A DNA stretch of 64,000 bases, from positions 1 through 64,000 of the forward strand of contig JAYPQH010000037.1 in assembly GCA_038131935.1 (NCBI GenBank), in the 5' to 3' direction. The DNA comes from Alphaproteobacteria bacterium. GTDB taxonomy: Bacteria > Pseudomonadota > Alphaproteobacteria > UBA8317. The first letter of the stretch is position 1. Each line of letters opens with the position of its first letter. Below the pieces are notes generated by a model that was given only the letters and a program-made list of their open reading frames with translations, was not told the origin of the DNA and searched no databases. Positions 60,773-64,000 of the stretch are shown in pieces. A program made the position numbers and the translations under genes.

Positions 60773-62566
60773 ATGTTGTTAGAAAATGGACCAAGTGCTT
60801 ATTGTCGTCGTCTGCCTGATGCGAAGGTGGTGTGGGATGGAAATGTCTTACGTTCAAAAGAATTTGATGACATTTATTTTCATGTGGGAGATGGTCTGGC
60901 AGAAACATATCATGTTTTTTTGGACGGCACAGATTTTGTTCGTAGATTGCATCCTTCATCTGTGCATCATGTTATCGAAACAGGGTTTGGGACAGGGCTG
61001 AATTTTTTGGCAACCTGGTCATGTTTTCGAGAACATGCACCTTCCACGGCAAGGCTGCGTTTCGCATCGATTGAGGGCTATCCCCTTGAGCTCGATATGC
61101 TGAATGACATTCACAAAGTTTGGCCTGAACTGGGGGAGCTTACACGTGCCTTGCAAGCTAAGATGCCTCCAAGATGGCGTGGTGTTCATCATTGCTTTTT
61201 CGATGGAGGACGGGTGGAATTGATCCTTATCTATGCACCTATTGATGAGGTGTTGGGCCATTATGATCTCAAAGCGGACACTATTTTTTTGGATGGATTT
61301 TCGCCATCAAAAAATCCTGACATGTGGTCAGAAAAAGCATTAACAGCTTTGGCTGATAGCCTTCTTCCAGAAGGCCGCTTGGCAACATTTACAGCGGCAG
61401 GTCATGTGCGCCGCCAGTTGTCTGCTGCTGGTTTGCAGGTCGATAAAAAACCAGGGTTTGGGCGAAAGCGTGACATGACCTGCGCCACCAAGCCTGGCGG
61501 CAAAAAATTGGTTCGATCTAACTCTGAGGTAAATATCCTTGGAACAGGTATTGCTGCTGTATCAGTTGCCCGACAACTTAGCCATTTTGGGTTGAACCCA
61601 ACGCTTTTTGAGCCTGCTGGTGAGTTATTTGTGGGGGCATCTGGAAATGGAGTTGCCAATCAATTGCCACGTTTAGGGTTGGACAATTCTCCCGCCCATC
61701 GTTTTGCGCAAGCAAGTTTTGCCTTTGCCCGTGGTTGGGCTACCGATGAAGGTTTTTGCCTCGGTCAATCAGGCGTTCATCTTGCTACAGATGAAAAGAG
61801 CCACAAACGGTTTCAAACGATTTCTGAACAAAACTGGCCAGAAGATTACTTGGTTTTTATTAAGGGCGATGCATTGCATAAGCTCGTGGGCTTCTCTCAT
61901 CCTTGGGGTGGTCTTCTGCACCGAAAAGCAGGGTCTGTAGATGTCCGTGGATGGTTAGCTCATGCGCTATCACAATGGGAAGTAAAATTTGGCTGCCCAG
62001 AAAAAGATGACGAAAAGCTTTTGGTGATCGCACAAGGTAGCAAAAGCAAACAACATTACCACGACCTTCAACCCTACCTACCATTGCAATATCCCGCTGG
62101 ACAAATTTCAATAATGCCAAGCCAAGGCTTGGTAGGAGACATAGCCTTATCATATGGTGGTTATTTCACCCCAGCTAAGGATGGAGAACATATTTTTGGC
62201 GCGACATTTGAGCATAACCGTCTCGAGGATAACCATACAATTAACCCCTTAGGTCATGAGCATAACTGGTCTTTATTGCCCTCAGAACTTCAAAAATTGT
62301 TAGGGCCATTCAGCCCTCATGATCTCAAAGGAAGGGTTTCGTTCCGTGTTTCAGCTAGGGATAGGCTGCCTGCAATCGGTCGTCTGGATGAACGGCGTTA
62401 TCTTATTACAGCTTTAGGATCACGTGGTATGACATATGGGCCTTACGCAGGCTACCTACTCGCTTGTGATATCATGGGTTATCCAAGTTTTGCACCTCTT
62501 GATGTCCAGCAATCTCTTGATTGGCAACGATTTGCCCGCCGCGATAAACAGCAAGCTGTTCTTTGA
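60773..62566 (+). CDS. mnmC: Bifunctional tRNA mnm5s2U biosynthesis protein (methyltransferase + FAD oxidoreductase)
   Basis: FDDIYF..DGLAE..HVFL, ETGFGTGLNFL, LDGFSP.KNPDMW, GFGRKR.M, GASGN, GATF and LGSRG. Confidence 0.9.
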   Translation: MLLENGPSAYCRRLPDAKVVWDGNVLRSKEFDDIYFHVGDGLAETYHVFLDGTDFVRRLHPSSVHHVIETGFGTGLNFLATWSCFREHAPSTARLRFASIEGYPLELDMLNDIHKVWPELGELTRALQAKMPPRWRGVHHCFFDGGRVELILIYAPIDEVLGHYDLKADTIFLDGFSPSKNPDMWSEKALTALADSLLPEGRLATFTAAGHVRRQLSAAGLQVDKKPGFGRKRDMTCATKPGGKKLVRSNSEVNILGTGIAAVSVARQLSHFGLNPTLFEPAGELFVGASGNGVANQLPRLGLDNSPAHRFAQASFAFARGWATDEGFCLGQSGVHLATDEKSHKRFQTISEQNWPEDYLVFIKGDALHKLVGFSHPWGGLLHRKAGSVDVRGWLAHALSQWEVKFGCPEKDDEKLLVIAQGSKSKQHYHDLQPYLPLQYPAGQISIMPSQGLVGDIALSYGGYFTPAKDGEHIFGATFEHNRLEDNHTINPLGHEHNWSLLPSELQKLLGPFSPHDLKGRVSFRVSARDRLPAIGRLDERRYLITALGSRGMTYGPYAGYLLACDIMGYPSFAPLDVQQSLDWQRFARRDKQQAVL

Positions 62567-62575
62567 TCTTTGGGC

Positions 62576-63457
62576 TCAGATGCGTGCACGTCCAACTTTT
62601 GATCCATTGGCTCTCTCCAGAACAGAACCAATCCATTGTCCCGTCCTGATGAGGCTATCAAGATCAATACCTGTATTGATACCAAGACCTTCCAGCATGT
62701 AAACAACATCCTCGCTGGCAACATTACCTGATGCACCTTTTGCATAGGGGCACCCTCCAAGCCCACCAACCGAGGCATCAATGATAGAGATATCTTCTTC
62801 GAGACAGGAGAGTATGTTGGCGAGTGCTTGGCCATAAGTATCATGAAAATGCAGTCCAATGCGATCGACGGGTACGACCGTTTTGACGGCTTTGATCAAT
62901 GTCCGTGCTTTGTATGCGGTTCCTACACCAATCGTGTCACCCAAAGATATATCATGCGCACCATGCTCAAGCATCCATTCTGCTATTTCAACGACACGAG
63001 ATACGGGAACCTCACCTTCATAAGGGCAACCAAGAACACAAGATATATATCCGCGTATACGAATATTTTCGGCATTCGCCATCGCCATGACAGGAGCGAA
63101 CCGCTCGAGTGATTCAGCAATAGAGCAATTGATATTTTTATGTGAAAAGGTTTCACTGGCGGCGCCAAATACTGCTATATGGTCTGCGCCCGCTGTTATG
63201 GCGGCTTGTAGGCCTTTCATATTGGGGACAAGAACAGGAAACCGAAATGGTTCATGGGGAAGGGCTTCCAAAATAGTATCTGTGTTGGCCATTTGAGGTA
63301 CCCATTTGGGTGAAACAAAACTACCCACCTCAATATGAGGGCAGTTGGCGGCCCGTAATTTTTCAATCAAGGTAAGACGCGTTGCAATATCCAAGGCTTT
63401 AACTTCATTCTGAAGGCCATCGCGTGGACCCATTTCAAATATTGTCATGGCTGTCAT
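62576..63457 (-). CDS. hmgL: Hydroxymethylglutaryl-CoA lyase
   Basis: GPRDGLQNE, FVSPKWVPQM, LGDTIG, HFHDTYGQALAN and GLGGCPYAKGASGNVASED. Confidence 0.93.
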   Translation of the reverse strand: MTAMTIFEMGPRDGLQNEVKALDIATRLTLIEKLRAANCPHIEVGSFVSPKWVPQMANTDTILEALPHEPFRFPVLVPNMKGLQAAITAGADHIAVFGAASETFSHKNINCSIAESLERFAPVMAMANAENIRIRGYISCVLGCPYEGEVPVSRVVEIAEWMLEHGAHDISLGDTIGVGTAYKARTLIKAVKTVVPVDRIGLHFHDTYGQALANILSCLEEDISIIDASVGGLGGCPYAKGASGNVASEDVVYMLEGLGINTGIDLDSLIRTGQWIGSVLERANGSKVGRARI

Positions 63458-64000
63458 GATGCTGTTTCCAATGTCATTAGGGTTTGGCCTTCATGCACTT
63501 GGTCTCCCTCGTTGACGCGTATATCATCAACAATAACGGTTTGTGGTGCACGAAATGTGGTGATAATTTTCATGGCCTCCATGGTAATCAATGGTGATTG
63601 AGAGGCGACGATATCACCCTTCCCGACATGAATTTGTGTGATCTGACCAGGAATTTCTGCTCGAATGATATTGTCCATTGCCAAGTCATCTTGTTGTTGA
63701 GCAAGCGCATCAAAAATCTCAAAAGACCAGCTTCCATCTACCGTTTGAACAAACACGGTATTTTGGTGTCTCAGGACATACCCGTGGGTTGGTTGACCAT
63801 CGAGGCAGATGGATAATCTTTTGTCCATAAATCCAGAGATTTCGGCGAATATTTCTGCGCCTTCTGAGTCTATGATCATGTAGCCATCTTTTTGGGGAAT
63901 AAGGCTTAATGTGCAGGGGTGACGTCCCACAAAGTTGATGTCATGGCGTGGGTTCATGTTCAACGCCCAATCCCAACTTCGTAAATAGGGATTATGGTTA
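63454..64000 (-). CDS. C-terminal part of a biotin-dependent acyl-CoA carboxylase alpha subunit (probably 3-methylcrotonyl-CoA carboxylase), runs off the right edge
   Basis: Biotinyl domain A..PG...V..GD.V...MEAMK...AP...GDQV. The frame is open to the window end, and the gene is adjacent to HMG-CoA lyase. Confidence 0.8.
   Translation of the reverse strand, partial: NHNPYLRSWDWALNMNPRHDINFVGRHPCTLSLIPQKDGYMIIDSEGAEIFAEISGFMDKRLSICLDGQPTHGYVLRHQNTVFVQTVDGSWSFEIFDALAQQQDDLAMDNIIRAEIPGQITQIHVGKGDIVASQSPLITMEAMKIITTFRAPQTVIVDDIRVNEGDQVHEGQTLMTLETAS

Noticed and set aside
286-63816. Numerous 60-180 aa antisense or alternate-frame ORFs overlapping called genes (e.g. 19182-19718, 59339-59845)
   Set aside because: They are shadow ORFs of well-supported genes, with no motif support.

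Overview
This is a chromosomal window from a moderately AT-rich bacterium. Gene content and order suggest a marine alphaproteobacterium (SAR116/Rhodospirillales-like), which is an inference. Layout from left to right: (1) 1-15 kb, an organic/sugar-acid catabolic cluster with a TRAP transporter, two IlvD/Edd dehydratases, a UxaA-family dehydratase, an AtuA pair, PhyH and SDRs. (2) 15-27 kb, betaine-lipid genes btaAB, then fadL-fadD-thrC-like, MFS, ghrA and psiE. (3) 26.7-32.9 kb, an accessory island with two convergent RTX/Ca-binding protein genes (one ending in a dockerin-like domain), an orphan diverged copy of an RTX 3' end, and a degenerate tRNA-Thr(CGT) at the border. (4) 33-39 kb, the conserved hemY-COG4223-hemD-hemC / tsaD-gpsA block, still recognisable by motifs but shattered by indels, almost certainly low-quality long-read consensus. 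(5) 39-64 kb, icd, EVE, Rieske, acs, an isolated IcmD-like pilin plus IcmB/VirB4-like ATPase pair, an RND pump with a switch-like leader, nuclease, ibpA, Atm1, a YeeE/periplasmic rhodanese/DecR sulfur module, GlcG, RmuC, a Kef-type antiporter, mnmC and leucine-degradation genes. Many other genes carry single-base indels, mostly in homopolymers. The best novelty candidates are the stand-alone IcmD/IcmB-like pair, the RTX island with its orphan C-terminal tail, and the AtuA/dehydratase/TRAP cluster. No CRISPR array, rRNA, integrase, transposase or reverse transcriptase was recognised.
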